A stretch of 64,000 nucleotides of DNA, taken from the IMG/VR virus record IMGVR_UViG_3300020187_000015, positions 32,001 through 96,000 of that record. One strand, written 5' to 3'. Source of the stretch: a virus. The notes under the pieces were generated by a model. It did not search any database. It had not been told where the DNA came from and saw only the letters and a list, made by a program, of their open reading frames with translations. Position numbers and translations under genes: made by a program. This document shows, piece after piece, positions 28,128-37,383 of the stretch (positions are counted from its first letter, which is position 1; every line of letters begins with the position of its first letter).

Positions 28128-28540
28128 AGATAAAGAATATATTCGGCAAAGATGTAAACAAGTCTTTTGCAAAGAGTAAAATTGATTGGGATAGGTCCGT
28201 ATCAAAACCTCAAAAACGAATAAAGGATATCGTTAAACCTCTTTGGTGCTTCCAAGATGTTCACGAAGAACTTTATATACCAAGTAGTAAGCTTAGGGTC
28301 GATCTAATTAACTTTACAACTTCAACAGTAATTGAAGTTTCCCCAAAACAGCATGATACATACAATGAGTTTTTCCACAAGGATAGGCAAAAATTTTTAC
28401 GATCCCTAGAAAGGGACTTTAAAAAGATTGAATGGTGCGAAATGAATGGTTTTCAATATATCGAAATCGATGAGAAAACACTAAAACTAACAAATGAACA
28501 GATCTTTAATTTTATTAAGGATTCAATAGAAAGTGTATAA
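28124..28540 (+). CDS. PD-(D/E)XK / Vsr-like endonuclease
   Basis: EELYIP..LRVDLIN....VIEV.PKQH...FFH...RDFKKIEWCEMNG. Confidence 0.7.
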   Translation: MKIKNIFGKDVNKSFAKSKIDWDRSVSKPQKRIKDIVKPLWCFQDVHEELYIPSSKLRVDLINFTTSTVIEVSPKQHDTYNEFFHKDRQKFLRSLERDFKKIEWCEMNGFQYIEIDEKTLKLTNEQIFNFIKDSIESV

Positions 28541-28547
28541 TATGAGT

Positions 28548-29822
28548 ATGGAAGACAAAAAGTTGACAAAGGATTGCATCGATCTTTACAAGGATGGTTG
28601 CAGTAGAATGGAAGTGGCTAGACATATCATGTCTGAAACAGGATTAAAAGAAACTGCTTCAAAGGTTAGAGCTAAAAATATATGGGATGAAAATTTTGAC
28701 GCGGATTACTCTCCGCAACAAAGTAAAAACGAAGAGTCTATTAATCCTGAAAAGGCTACTTTTGACGAAAAGAAAGATTCGGCCACGGCAGAGTCTAAAT
28801 CTTCCAACATTAGAACTCTTGAGGATCTTATCGAAGTGTGCAAGATTGACCTAGATATTTGGGAGATTGAGAGATACATAGTAAATAAATGGGAGGTCGC
28901 AGCTAAAGGCAATGACGGAGAGATGAGACACTCTCCGCTCTATCAAGTAAAGGCATGGCTAAAGAAGAAGGAAACAGTAAATGCCAAAGAAGTAATCAAA
29001 CTCTTCAAGGAGGAGCTTAATAACATCTCCAGACCAGTACAAAAAAGAAACTCTGCTGGTCAACATATCTATGAAATATCTATTCCAGATCTGCATTTAA
29101 GCAAATTATGTTGGGGCAAAGAAACTGGCTATGAAGATTATGACATTAAGATTGCCAGCAACCTCTTCAGAGAAGCCATGCATTATCTGGTTTCTAAGGT
29201 CGATCTAAAATCTGTTGATAGAATTGTGCTTCCCATTGGAAATGACTTCTTTAATTCAGAGGGTCTATCTGGGATGACTACAAAGGGTACTAGGCAGGAT
29301 GATGACTCAAGATGGCCGAAGTCTTTTCAAGTTGGTTGTAATTTGATTGCAGAAGTGGTTGATGAACTATCGAAAAAGGTAAATGTAGATATAGTTATTG
29401 TTCCAGGAAATCATGATTTCGAGAGATGTTTTTATCTTGGAGAATTCTTAAGCGCTTGGTATCGAAACAATGATGCTGTCAAAATTGACAACTCCCCTAC
29501 TTCTAGAAAGTATGTTACCTTTGGCAAAAATCTAATTCTATTTACTCATGGCAACGAAGAAAAGGCAGCTAACCTACCTCTTCTCATGGCTACAGAGAAC
29601 GCAAACTTCTCTAAGTGTAAGTTTAGAACTGCTCACCTTGGTCACTTTCATGGCACAGAAATGAAAGAATATAATGGAGTTAAAGTCAGGATACTTCCAT
29701 CTCTATGCGCCCCAGATGCTTGGCACTCCAATAAAGGGTATGTGGGGAATGTTCGCTCAGCTACAGCTTTTCTCTATGAAGAGTCGCTTGGAGAAGTAGC
29801 TAACTTTTACTATAACGTCTAG
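28548..29822 (+). CDS. calcineurin-like metallophosphoesterase / exonuclease
   Basis: PDLH, GND, PGNHD, THG, GHFH motifs; start probably ATG 28548, 9 nt after GTGTAT. Confidence 0.85.
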   Translation: MEDKKLTKDCIDLYKDGCSRMEVARHIMSETGLKETASKVRAKNIWDENFDADYSPQQSKNEESINPEKATFDEKKDSATAESKSSNIRTLEDLIEVCKIDLDIWEIERYIVNKWEVAAKGNDGEMRHSPLYQVKAWLKKKETVNAKEVIKLFKEELNNISRPVQKRNSAGQHIYEISIPDLHLSKLCWGKETGYEDYDIKIASNLFREAMHYLVSKVDLKSVDRIVLPIGNDFFNSEGLSGMTTKGTRQDDDSRWPKSFQVGCNLIAEVVDELSKKVNVDIVIVPGNHDFERCFYLGEFLSAWYRNNDAVKIDNSPTSRKYVTFGKNLILFTHGNEEKAANLPLLMATENANFSKCKFRTAHLGHFHGTEMKEYNGVKVRILPSLCAPDAWHSNKGYVGNVRSATAFLYEESLGEVANFYYNV

Positions 29823-29841
29823 AACATATTGATCAACTTTG

Positions 29842-29881
29842 CTCCCGATTACTGACTTTCAGTTTTCGGGAGTTTTTGTTT
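29842..29881 (+). terminator. rho-independent terminator
   Basis: CTCCCGA...TCGGGAG stem followed by TTTTTGTTT. Confidence 0.7.
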
Positions 29882-29907
29882 GACATGCTAAAGAAATTGC
29901 CCATATT
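29880..29907 (+). promoter_or_regulatory. sigma70-type promoter of the helicase operon
   Basis: TTGACA-N16-CATATT-N8-ATG. Confidence 0.55.
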
Positions 29908-29915
29908 CAACTCCA

Positions 29916-31403
29916 ATGACAAACGTAGAACTTCCCAAGAACAAAGCACTAGAACGCAAGTTTATATCTGGATTGATATATAACTCAGATAAAGTATGGG
30001 ATGAGTTTTCTGAATTTATTAGTGAGGAAGACTTTAAAGACACTGACTCAAGGTCGCTATTCCGTATTTGCAAAAGTCTATTAGAAGAAGGTCTCTCTCT
30101 TGATGCAGCCATAATTTCTGCTAGATGCAAAAGTAGTGGCATAAGTTTAATGTCGGGTAACGTAGAGGACTTTATCGACAATATGTTGCTAACTCCCCTG
30201 TCTGAAAAGGCGACTGTGGATGCTGCAAAAGAGCTAGTAATTTTACGGATAAAGAGAAATGTAATTGTAAACTCTAATGAGATTGCAGAGATTGCTTCTC
30301 AATATAGTGGCAGCAATCTATCTGACTTCATGGCATCTATTGAGAGCAAGTTCTCTGAAAATGGCGAAAATATCATAAGTAGGAATGAACCAATAAATAT
30401 TGCTTCAGTTGCATACGACCTTGTTGAGGCAACACTTCATGACGATAAGGCTAACTATATAATTAAAACTCCTTGGCCAACCTTCAATGAGGCTTTTAGT
30501 GGGTTTCGCCCAAAGGACAGCTATTGCTTTGCTGGTAGGCCTTCTCATGGCAAATCTGGCGCTTTACTTAGTTTAGCGCAACAATGTGCAAATCAAATTA
30601 AAGAGAATTTTATTGACGGTAAAAAGCTTCCAGTTTTATATCTTGATACAGAAATGGAGCATAAAGAGCAAGCATTGCGGTGGGCCGCTTTGGTTGCAGA
30701 TGTAGACCCCTATCTCATTGAAAGTGGTCAATGGGCTAAGAATAAAGATTCCGTTAATAAAATTAGAACGGTTCTTAAAAGTAGCTCCTCTACTGACAAC
30801 TTCCACCACGTTTATATTCCAGGAATGAATGCGATTGAAATTCGATCTATCTTTCGAAGATGGATACGTAAGCATGTTGGCAAAGAGAATCCAGCCATCG
30901 TTGTCTTTGATTATCTTAAGATTACTGGAGATGGTTTAGCTAACCCTAAGCATGCTCGATTTGATATAGCTAGAACTCTAGATATTTTAAAAGATGAGAT
31001 TAAGCAAAACTCCAATGCAACATTTCTTTTCGGCGCTCAACGAAACAGACATGGAGAAGATGACGATTCATCTTTAGCAGAAAGTGACTACATTCAGCAA
31101 CTCTCGACCTTCGTTGGACTAATCAAGAAAAAGACTATGGATGAAAAAGCTGAGCAACCAGTAGAGCGATTTGGAACCCATGCTTTGATACCAGTTAAAT
31201 TCAGAAAGCTAGGAAAAGATGGATGGAAGTTTGAAAATCCAGTTAAGATCAATAATAAGTATTGCTCTAATTGGATAAATTTAAATTTCCACAACTTTAG
31301 ATTCGAAGATGGCGGAGATGGTAGAGCTGTTCAAGAGTACCTCGAACTACTTGCTGATGGTAATCCAAGAGACAACAATTCAACTAGAGAGGCAATACTT
31401 TGA
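29916..31403 (+). CDS. dnaB: replicative DNA helicase (DnaB-like)
   Basis: N-terminal DnaB domain, Walker A AGRPSHGKS, YLDTEM, VVFDYL, AQRNR. Confidence 0.9.
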   Translation: MTNVELPKNKALERKFISGLIYNSDKVWDEFSEFISEEDFKDTDSRSLFRICKSLLEEGLSLDAAIISARCKSSGISLMSGNVEDFIDNMLLTPLSEKATVDAAKELVILRIKRNVIVNSNEIAEIASQYSGSNLSDFMASIESKFSENGENIISRNEPINIASVAYDLVEATLHDDKANYIIKTPWPTFNEAFSGFRPKDSYCFAGRPSHGKSGALLSLAQQCANQIKENFIDGKKLPVLYLDTEMEHKEQALRWAALVADVDPYLIESGQWAKNKDSVNKIRTVLKSSSSTDNFHHVYIPGMNAIEIRSIFRRWIRKHVGKENPAIVVFDYLKITGDGLANPKHARFDIARTLDILKDEIKQNSNATFLFGAQRNRHGEDDDSSLAESDYIQQLSTFVGLIKKKTMDEKAEQPVERFGTHALIPVKFRKLGKDGWKFENPVKINNKYCSNWINLNFHNFRFEDGGDGRAVQEYLELLADGNPRDNNSTREAIL

Positions 31404-32407
31404 ACTCAGTAAAAGACATTTTAGACGAAATAGGTGTAAAAGTCATCAGCGTTAATGACTCTGGCTTTGCTCAATTCTGCCCAACTTATAGAAATAGTGA
31501 TAACCCTTCTGGGGCTTCTATAAATCTAAAGAATGGTTGGACTACAGATTGGTCAATAAACGAGAATTTCCCTATTGAGATTTTGATTGAAAAGATGACT
31601 GGCAAAAAGCCAGACAAGGCGGTTATAAATAAAATTGCTTCCTTAGATCTAGACATCATCAATGACGAAAATGAAGTAAAGTTTTGGTCAAAGGATTCCT
31701 TACTCCACCTCTTGCCAGAACACTCTTACTGGATGAATAGAGGAGTATCCAAAGAAACGCTGGACTTCTTTCAAGGTGGTGTTTCTCATAGCGGAAAGCT
31801 TTACCAGCGATACGTATGGCCAGTCTTCGACAGACATCAAAGAATTGTAGGTTTTACAGGAAGAGATCTTACTGAAAAACACAGTGTAAAGTATAAGCAC
31901 GAAGGCAAGTCTACAAATTTCTTATTTGGGCTTTACAATAAAAAGAATGACGAGTTTCCTATTTTAAAATCTATTTTAAAGAATTCTCATTTGATTCTTG
32001 TAGAAGGTCCAAGTGATAGCGTTGCTTGCTATGATGAGGGCATCACCAACGTACTTCCAACTATGGGTTTAAATATTAGCAAGCCTATGATGTCCTTTAT
32101 ATTGGGAGTCAATCCTAGCCTAATAACTATCTGCTATAATAAGGATAGTAAGTTTAATGGTCAAAATGCAGCAGTAAAAAATTATACAAAGTTATTTGAG
32201 TATTTCGAACCTCATAACTTAGAGATAAAAACTCCTTCATGCAATGATCTTTCAGATGATAAAAGTAATGTAAAAAACTTTTTCAAATCAGATCCAGATG
32301 ATATAATAACTTTATTCAGAGAAAAATATATTAGAGCAAAATCAGATACTAAACAAAAGATGAGTCAAAAAGAGATAAACGTAGGAAGGGTTTTATCTAA
32401 TGGATAA
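31400..32407 (+). CDS. dnaG: DNA primase (DnaG-like, Toprim)
   Basis: YWMNRG, RYVWPV...IVGFTGR...KY, LVEGPSD; TTG start. Confidence 0.85.
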   Translation: MNSVKDILDEIGVKVISVNDSGFAQFCPTYRNSDNPSGASINLKNGWTTDWSINENFPIEILIEKMTGKKPDKAVINKIASLDLDIINDENEVKFWSKDSLLHLLPEHSYWMNRGVSKETLDFFQGGVSHSGKLYQRYVWPVFDRHQRIVGFTGRDLTEKHSVKYKHEGKSTNFLFGLYNKKNDEFPILKSILKNSHLILVEGPSDSVACYDEGITNVLPTMGLNISKPMMSFILGVNPSLITICYNKDSKFNGQNAAVKNYTKLFEYFEPHNLEIKTPSCNDLSDDKSNVKNFFKSDPDDIITLFREKYIRAKSDTKQKMSQKEINVGRVLSNG

Positions 32408-33455
32408 GCCAACAAAACATGTACTAAGTGCCTCCAAGATTGAAACATATCAGAAGTGCAGTTTAGTTTATTATGCAAAGTATTTGAACAAGACTCCAGA
32501 TAAAGAAAATTATGGAGCTTTAAGAGGCACGATATGTCATGACATTTTCGAAATGCTTATCGAAGAAAAGCATAAGGACAGAGTTGACCAAATTCTAGAA
32601 GAGGGGTCTATCCTAAAAGATAAGAAGCTTATTGATTTAATCAATTCTATGATGTCTGGCTTCAACATGGAGGAGCTAGATGATAAGGGTCAGAATAATT
32701 TTGAGATGATTTGCGAAATGATTTTCGTAGGTTTGAATTATGACTTTTACTGCAAAGGCTATAAGGTTGACTATGAAAACCTAGAAACCATGTTTTACTT
32801 AAAGGGTACTGAAGATCAGCCTTATGAGTTGAGAGGCAAGATTGATAAGCCTTCTAGCCGTGGCAAAAAATATAGAATTGTTGATTATAAATCTTCTGCT
32901 CAGAAAAAACAAGATGTAGAGTTGGAGTTCAGTGTTCAGGCTCTGTCCTATATTCTCTGGGCTAAGAAAGCTAAGGATATGACTGCCTTTGTTGAGTTTG
33001 TTTTTCTTAGATTTCCAGATAAGCCAGACCAAAGAGTAGAAGTCACCGATGAAGTTTTAGAAGGGTTTGAATCTTGGCTCTCTGATCTTTACGTATACCT
33101 AAGAAACTTTGACGAGCTAAACATGTATGACAATATGGCAGCAGACAAAGGCTATCCAAAGGATGGTACATTCTCTGGTTCTATTGTATGCGGTTATGGA
33201 AAATATCCTGGACACTCCTATTCAGACACTCATAAGAATGTAGAAAAGAGAGGCAAGCCATATTACGTATGTTCTGAAAAATGGCCATACGATTACTGGA
33301 TACTTAAAGATGAAGATGGCAATATTATAAAAAGTACAAGGGATGAAGAAGATTTTAAAGATAAGGATCAAAGCCTTGTAGAAAAGAAATCATGGCAAGG
33401 ATGTCCAAAATTCACAAATTCCGTTGATTTCTTGGAATGGAAAGGCTCTAAATGA
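32400..33455 (+). CDS. PD-(D/E)XK exonuclease (RecB/Cas4/AddB-like)
   Basis: LSASKI..YQKC, RGTICH, RGKIDK, IVDYKSS, QALSY, C-terminal cysteines. Confidence 0.85.
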   Translation: MDKPTKHVLSASKIETYQKCSLVYYAKYLNKTPDKENYGALRGTICHDIFEMLIEEKHKDRVDQILEEGSILKDKKLIDLINSMMSGFNMEELDDKGQNNFEMICEMIFVGLNYDFYCKGYKVDYENLETMFYLKGTEDQPYELRGKIDKPSSRGKKYRIVDYKSSAQKKQDVELEFSVQALSYILWAKKAKDMTAFVEFVFLRFPDKPDQRVEVTDEVLEGFESWLSDLYVYLRNFDELNMYDNMAADKGYPKDGTFSGSIVCGYGKYPGHSYSDTHKNVEKRGKPYYVCSEKWPYDYWILKDEDGNIIKSTRDEEDFKDKDQSLVEKKSWQGCPKFTNSVDFLEWKGSK

Positions 33456-34249
33456 TTTTAGTTATTGGAGAATTTATAAAGGACGAGTTCATTTACTGTT
33501 CTTCCGACAGGCTTTCTCCAGAAGCTTGCTGCCCAGTAATAAAAGAAATTTTCAGAGAAAAGAATGATGGAGGAGCTGCTAACGTAGTAAGCAACTTAAA
33601 GTCATTGGGATGTGATAAAATTTTATTCGTCCATCAAGACAACGAAATCATTAAAACCAGATACGTGCATAAAAGTTCTGGGCAACATATTGCAAGATTA
33701 GACAAAGAAAGTCCCTGTAAACCCCTTAGTCTTGAGAGCTTGATTCAATCAACATCTTCGAGCAAATGCAGTGACCCTATAGATATGATTGTAATTTCAG
33801 ACTACTGCAAGGGATTTATTACTGAAAGTCTTATACATGATATTCGTAAAAAATTCTCATGCAAAATTATTATAGATACAAAAAAGAAAGCTGGAAACTG
33901 GATCAAGTATGTAGATTTTATAAAAATTAATAAAAAAGAATTTGATGAAAACTTTCTTCCTTATGACCCTGGGAAACAAGTTAGCACCCTGCTCAAGAAA
34001 ACTAACTTATTTGTCACGTTGGGCGAGAAGGGGGTTTATCACTTCAATACTGACTCTACCATTAAAACAAAAGAAGTCGAAGCTAACTGCGTGTCTGGAG
34101 CTGGTGACAGCTATTTAGCTGGCTTTGTAGCAGAATACTTGCGCTCTGCCAATATTAATAAAAGCCTTTCATTCGCAAATCAAGTCGCATCAATAGCTGT
34201 ATCAAAGAGAGGAGTTGTTTCTGTTTCAGAAACAGAGCTTAATGACTAA
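33452..34249 (+). CDS. HldE/RfaE-like heptose-7-phosphate kinase domain (PfkB family)
   Basis: LVIGEFIKDEFIY..SDRLSPEA..PV, GGAANV, KTRY, ISDYCKG, GAGDS. Confidence 0.85.
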   Translation: MILVIGEFIKDEFIYCSSDRLSPEACCPVIKEIFREKNDGGAANVVSNLKSLGCDKILFVHQDNEIIKTRYVHKSSGQHIARLDKESPCKPLSLESLIQSTSSSKCSDPIDMIVISDYCKGFITESLIHDIRKKFSCKIIIDTKKKAGNWIKYVDFIKINKKEFDENFLPYDPGKQVSTLLKKTNLFVTLGEKGVYHFNTDSTIKTKEVEANCVSGAGDSYLAGFVAEYLRSANINKSLSFANQVASIAVSKRGVVSVSETELND

Positions 34250-34646
34250 TAACCCCATCGAAGGTTTTATAGCTGGATGCTTTGATGGATTCCATGAAGG
34301 TCATCAATATATTTTAAAGACAGCTATGGAGCAATGCGATATTCTCCATGTTGCTCTTAACTCAGATAGGTATATTATAAAAAACAAAAGACTTTTGCTC
34401 TCTTGCATTGATGAAAGAAAAAAGAAGATTAGAAATTTTGGAGTAAATGAAATTCATTCGTTCATAGAAGACAGCCCCATAGACCTGATTAATAAAATTA
34501 AACCCAAAATAATATTTGTTGGCGATGACTATCCACTAGAAAAAATAGTTGGTCACAAAGAGTGTAAATACTGGGGAGGAGAGGTAAGAATCATAAAACG
34601 AATTCCAGGATTTTCTAGCACAAATATAAGACAAAAAAATACTTGA
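34242..34646 (+). CDS. HldE/RfaE-like heptose-1-phosphate nucleotidyltransferase domain
   Basis: GCFDGFHEGH, ALNSD, IKPKIIFVGDDY, GFSSTNI; start at ATG 34242. Confidence 0.85.
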   Translation: MTNNPIEGFIAGCFDGFHEGHQYILKTAMEQCDILHVALNSDRYIIKNKRLLLSCIDERKKKIRNFGVNEIHSFIEDSPIDLINKIKPKIIFVGDDYPLEKIVGHKECKYWGGEVRIIKRIPGFSSTNIRQKNT

Positions 34647-34676
34647 CATTATATAACTTTGCCCTAACATAGGGCA
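34643..34676 (+). promoter_or_regulatory. sigma70-type promoter with inverted repeat over -10
   Basis: TTGACA-N16-TAACAT; TGCCCTA-ACA-TAGGGCA (34660-34676). Confidence 0.6.
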
Positions 34677-34723
34677 TCTAAACAACAAACAATAAATAAT
34701 AATACAAAAAATAATACAAAATT

Positions 34724-35368
34724 ATGGCACTAAACAAACAAACTAAATCATCTACCTACTTGACAGTAGTCGGTGGGAAGATTTCACAACGTGTCCCAGA
34801 AGGCACAGAGGGGGCAGTATCTCGCACCCTTAAAAATGGACCTAACGAAGGCTCTGAAGTATATGAGCTTCAGTACGGTAGCGTTACTGGTAAGATCTCT
34901 GGAGGCTCTGTCGAAAGCGGAGACTATGGTGATCAAATCTCTATTAATCTTGAAGATGGGAAAGAATCGTATATCGTCAAGCTTCCTTGGAATTCCAAAC
35001 TCCGAGATGCTTTCGTAAAACGAATTCCAAATATTGAAGTCTCTCAGGAAATAGAATTAGTATGCTTTCCAGATAAGCAAGATAAGAGTCCTGTAATGCT
35101 AATCAAACAAAATGGAGGTTTTGTGAAGTTTGCATATACGAAAGATAATCCAAATGGCCTTCCCGCTCCGAAAAAAAAGGTTGTTCGTGGCAAGGAAGAG
35201 TGGGATTGGTCCGAACCAGAGACTTTCCTGTGGGACGTAGCCTCTTCATTCTTTGAGCAGTTCGAAGGGAATAGTAAACCAGCTTTTCAAGAGGAAGAGA
35301 AGGAAGCTCCAGATCAATTCGTTGAATCAAGCAATCCGCTTAGTTCCGACGACGATCTGCCGTTTTAA
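34724..35368 (+). CDS. putative single-stranded DNA-binding protein
   Basis: OB-like beta pattern, acidic tail ending SSDDDLPF, own promoter and terminator, next to replication genes. Confidence 0.7.
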   Translation: MALNKQTKSSTYLTVVGGKISQRVPEGTEGAVSRTLKNGPNEGSEVYELQYGSVTGKISGGSVESGDYGDQISINLEDGKESYIVKLPWNSKLRDAFVKRIPNIEVSQEIELVCFPDKQDKSPVMLIKQNGGFVKFAYTKDNPNGLPAPKKKVVRGKEEWDWSEPETFLWDVASSFFEQFEGNSKPAFQEEEKEAPDQFVESSNPLSSDDDLPF

Positions 35369-35397
35369 TAAGGTCAAGGTGGGTTAATATAAAAACT

Positions 35398-35428
35398 AGC
35401 CAGCTATCGAAAGATGGCTGGCTTTTTT
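35398..35428 (+). terminator. rho-independent terminator
   Basis: AGCCAGCTATC-GAAA-GATGGCTGGCT-TTTTT. Confidence 0.9.
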
Positions 35429-35463
35429 ATTGTTAAATTAAAGTTTAAATCTATAATTTGAAA

Positions 35464-37383
35464 ATGAAGAAAAAGAAAATCATATTCCTCACCAACGCTC
35501 TTTTTATTAAAACTGGTTTGTCTCGAAACTTGAAAGCTATTCTAAAGGAGATTTATCCTTTAGACAAGTACGAGATAGTACATTACTGCTCTGGAGTTAG
35601 CGAGAATGATCATAACTTAGATAAGTATCCCTGGAAAACTCTTGGTTCTATTCCCAGTAATCCAGCAGATATTCAAAAAATACAGTCTGACCCACATCTT
35701 TCTCGCATGGCTACATATGGAGGATATAGAGTCGAGCAGATAGTTAAGGATGAAAAGCCTGATATTTTATGGTGTTCTGATGATATTTGGGCTTTTCCCC
35801 CAGATAAGTTTTGCGATACTAAGTGGGCAAAACATCTTAATCTAATTAGTCACGTTACTATAGATTCGGTTCCAATCTTGCCCGAAGCTATACAGCAAGC
35901 AAAGAACTCTAACTTTTATTCTTGGGCAAGCTTTGGTGAAAAAGAAATTAAAAAGGTTTTTGATAAAGAGAATTTTTCCTCTAGATATAATCTAGGTACT
36001 GTTAATGGAGCTGTAGATGGAGAGTGCTACAAGCCAATTTCTAAGTTACAAAAGTCAGAGTTAAGAAAGAAATTTGGGATCGAAAAAGACTGTACTTTAT
36101 TCTTTTACCTTGGACGTAATCAACTTAGAAAAAAATATGACTCTATCCTAAGGGCTTTTAAAAGTCATAAGCTACAGAATCCAAAAAGCAAATCCAAGCT
36201 ACTATTCCATTGTAGCTGGACAGAAGGCTGGCCGCTAACTCGTATCATCGAGTCTCTGGAAATTGATCCAGAAGACATTTTAACCACTTATGTTTGCAAT
36301 AAATGTAAGGAGTTTAAAATTAATAGGTACGTTGGAGAGCAGAAAGACTGCGAATTTTGCGGGAATAAGAAATGCGTAGACTCTTCTTCTGTTGGGAATG
36401 GGGTCACGGATGAGGACATGTGTAAGATTTATGGAGTGGCAGATGCGTGTATTTCAGTTTTTACTAGCGGTGGGTTTGAATTTTGTAACGCAGAGTCTAT
36501 GATGTGTGGGCTTCCGCTTGCTACTGTTTCTTATTCTTGCGGGTCAGAGTATACTGCCTGTGATTCAGTTTTCGAAATAAGACATATTGAAAGTGGAGAG
36601 TGTCAAACTGGCTTCGTAAAAGCAGAGCCAAACATTAATGATATTATTAAATTTATTAAAAAGATCGAAACAATCTCAGAAAAGGATAAGGATGAAATAA
36701 AAATCAAATCCATCAAATGGGCTAAGGAAAGATATGATAGCAAAGTTATTGCCGCTAAATGGATGGAAATCTTCGACTCTTTACCTGAAGTAGATTATAC
36801 TGACTTTTCTTTTGACGACGAAGATAGGTCAAATCCAAGCTTTGAACCAAATTTTAATTTAACTGGAGAGAACTTCATACGCAGTCTCTACTTAGGGTAT
36901 CTTGGAGCAGAGTATCCAGATGAGGCTGGAATGAGGCATTGGATGCAAAGGGTTGAGCAGGGAGAGGACTATAGTAGTATCGCTTCCCTATTTCGTAATA
37001 TTTCTCAGCAAAATGTTGAAAAACAAGAAGATTCCAAGAATCGTGACATAGAAGATATCTTGCCTAAAAATGGCAAAAAGAACGTGCTGTTCGTAATCAA
37101 GGAGAGCTTGGGTGATACCATTATCTCACTTAGCCTTTTAGAGGGTGTTAGAAAACAATATCCAGAGCATAACATTATTGTTTGCACTGACCCAAAATAC
37201 TTTGAAGTGTTTGTTGGCTGCGACTTTGTCGATAAAATGATACCATTTTATCCACAATTAGAGCAAGAGCTTTTTGTAATTGGAGCAGGTAGCGAAAAGA
37301 ATATAGCTGATGTATTCATCATGCCAACAGTATCAACTCAAAAGCACTTAAACTACCTTTCAAACAACAACCCAGAACTATAA
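35464..37383 (+). CDS. GT4 glycosyltransferase with CxxC-CxxC insert + DUF4214-like + GT9 N-terminal domain
   Basis: GRNQLRKKY, CNKC...CEFC, SGGFEFCNAESM; FIRSLYLGYLG..PDEAGMRHW; IKESLGDTIISLSLL. Confidence 0.8.
   Translation: MKKKKIIFLTNALFIKTGLSRNLKAILKEIYPLDKYEIVHYCSGVSENDHNLDKYPWKTLGSIPSNPADIQKIQSDPHLSRMATYGGYRVEQIVKDEKPDILWCSDDIWAFPPDKFCDTKWAKHLNLISHVTIDSVPILPEAIQQAKNSNFYSWASFGEKEIKKVFDKENFSSRYNLGTVNGAVDGECYKPISKLQKSELRKKFGIEKDCTLFFYLGRNQLRKKYDSILRAFKSHKLQNPKSKSKLLFHCSWTEGWPLTRIIESLEIDPEDILTTYVCNKCKEFKINRYVGEQKDCEFCGNKKCVDSSSVGNGVTDEDMCKIYGVADACISVFTSGGFEFCNAESMMCGLPLATVSYSCGSEYTACDSVFEIRHIESGECQTGFVKAEPNINDIIKFIKKIETISEKDKDEIKIKSIKWAKERYDSKVIAAKWMEIFDSLPEVDYTDFSFDDEDRSNPSFEPNFNLTGENFIRSLYLGYLGAEYPDEAGMRHWMQRVEQGEDYSSIASLFRNISQQNVEKQEDSKNRDIEDILPKNGKKNVLFVIKESLGDTIISLSLLEGVRKQYPEHNIIVCTDPKYFEVFVGCDFVDKMIPFYPQLEQELFVIGAGSEKNIADVFIMPTVSTQKHLNYLSNNNPEL

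Noticed and set aside
32400-33455. Cas4 as part of a CRISPR system
   Set aside because: Stand-alone PD-(D/E)XK nuclease in a replication operon; no array or other cas genes.
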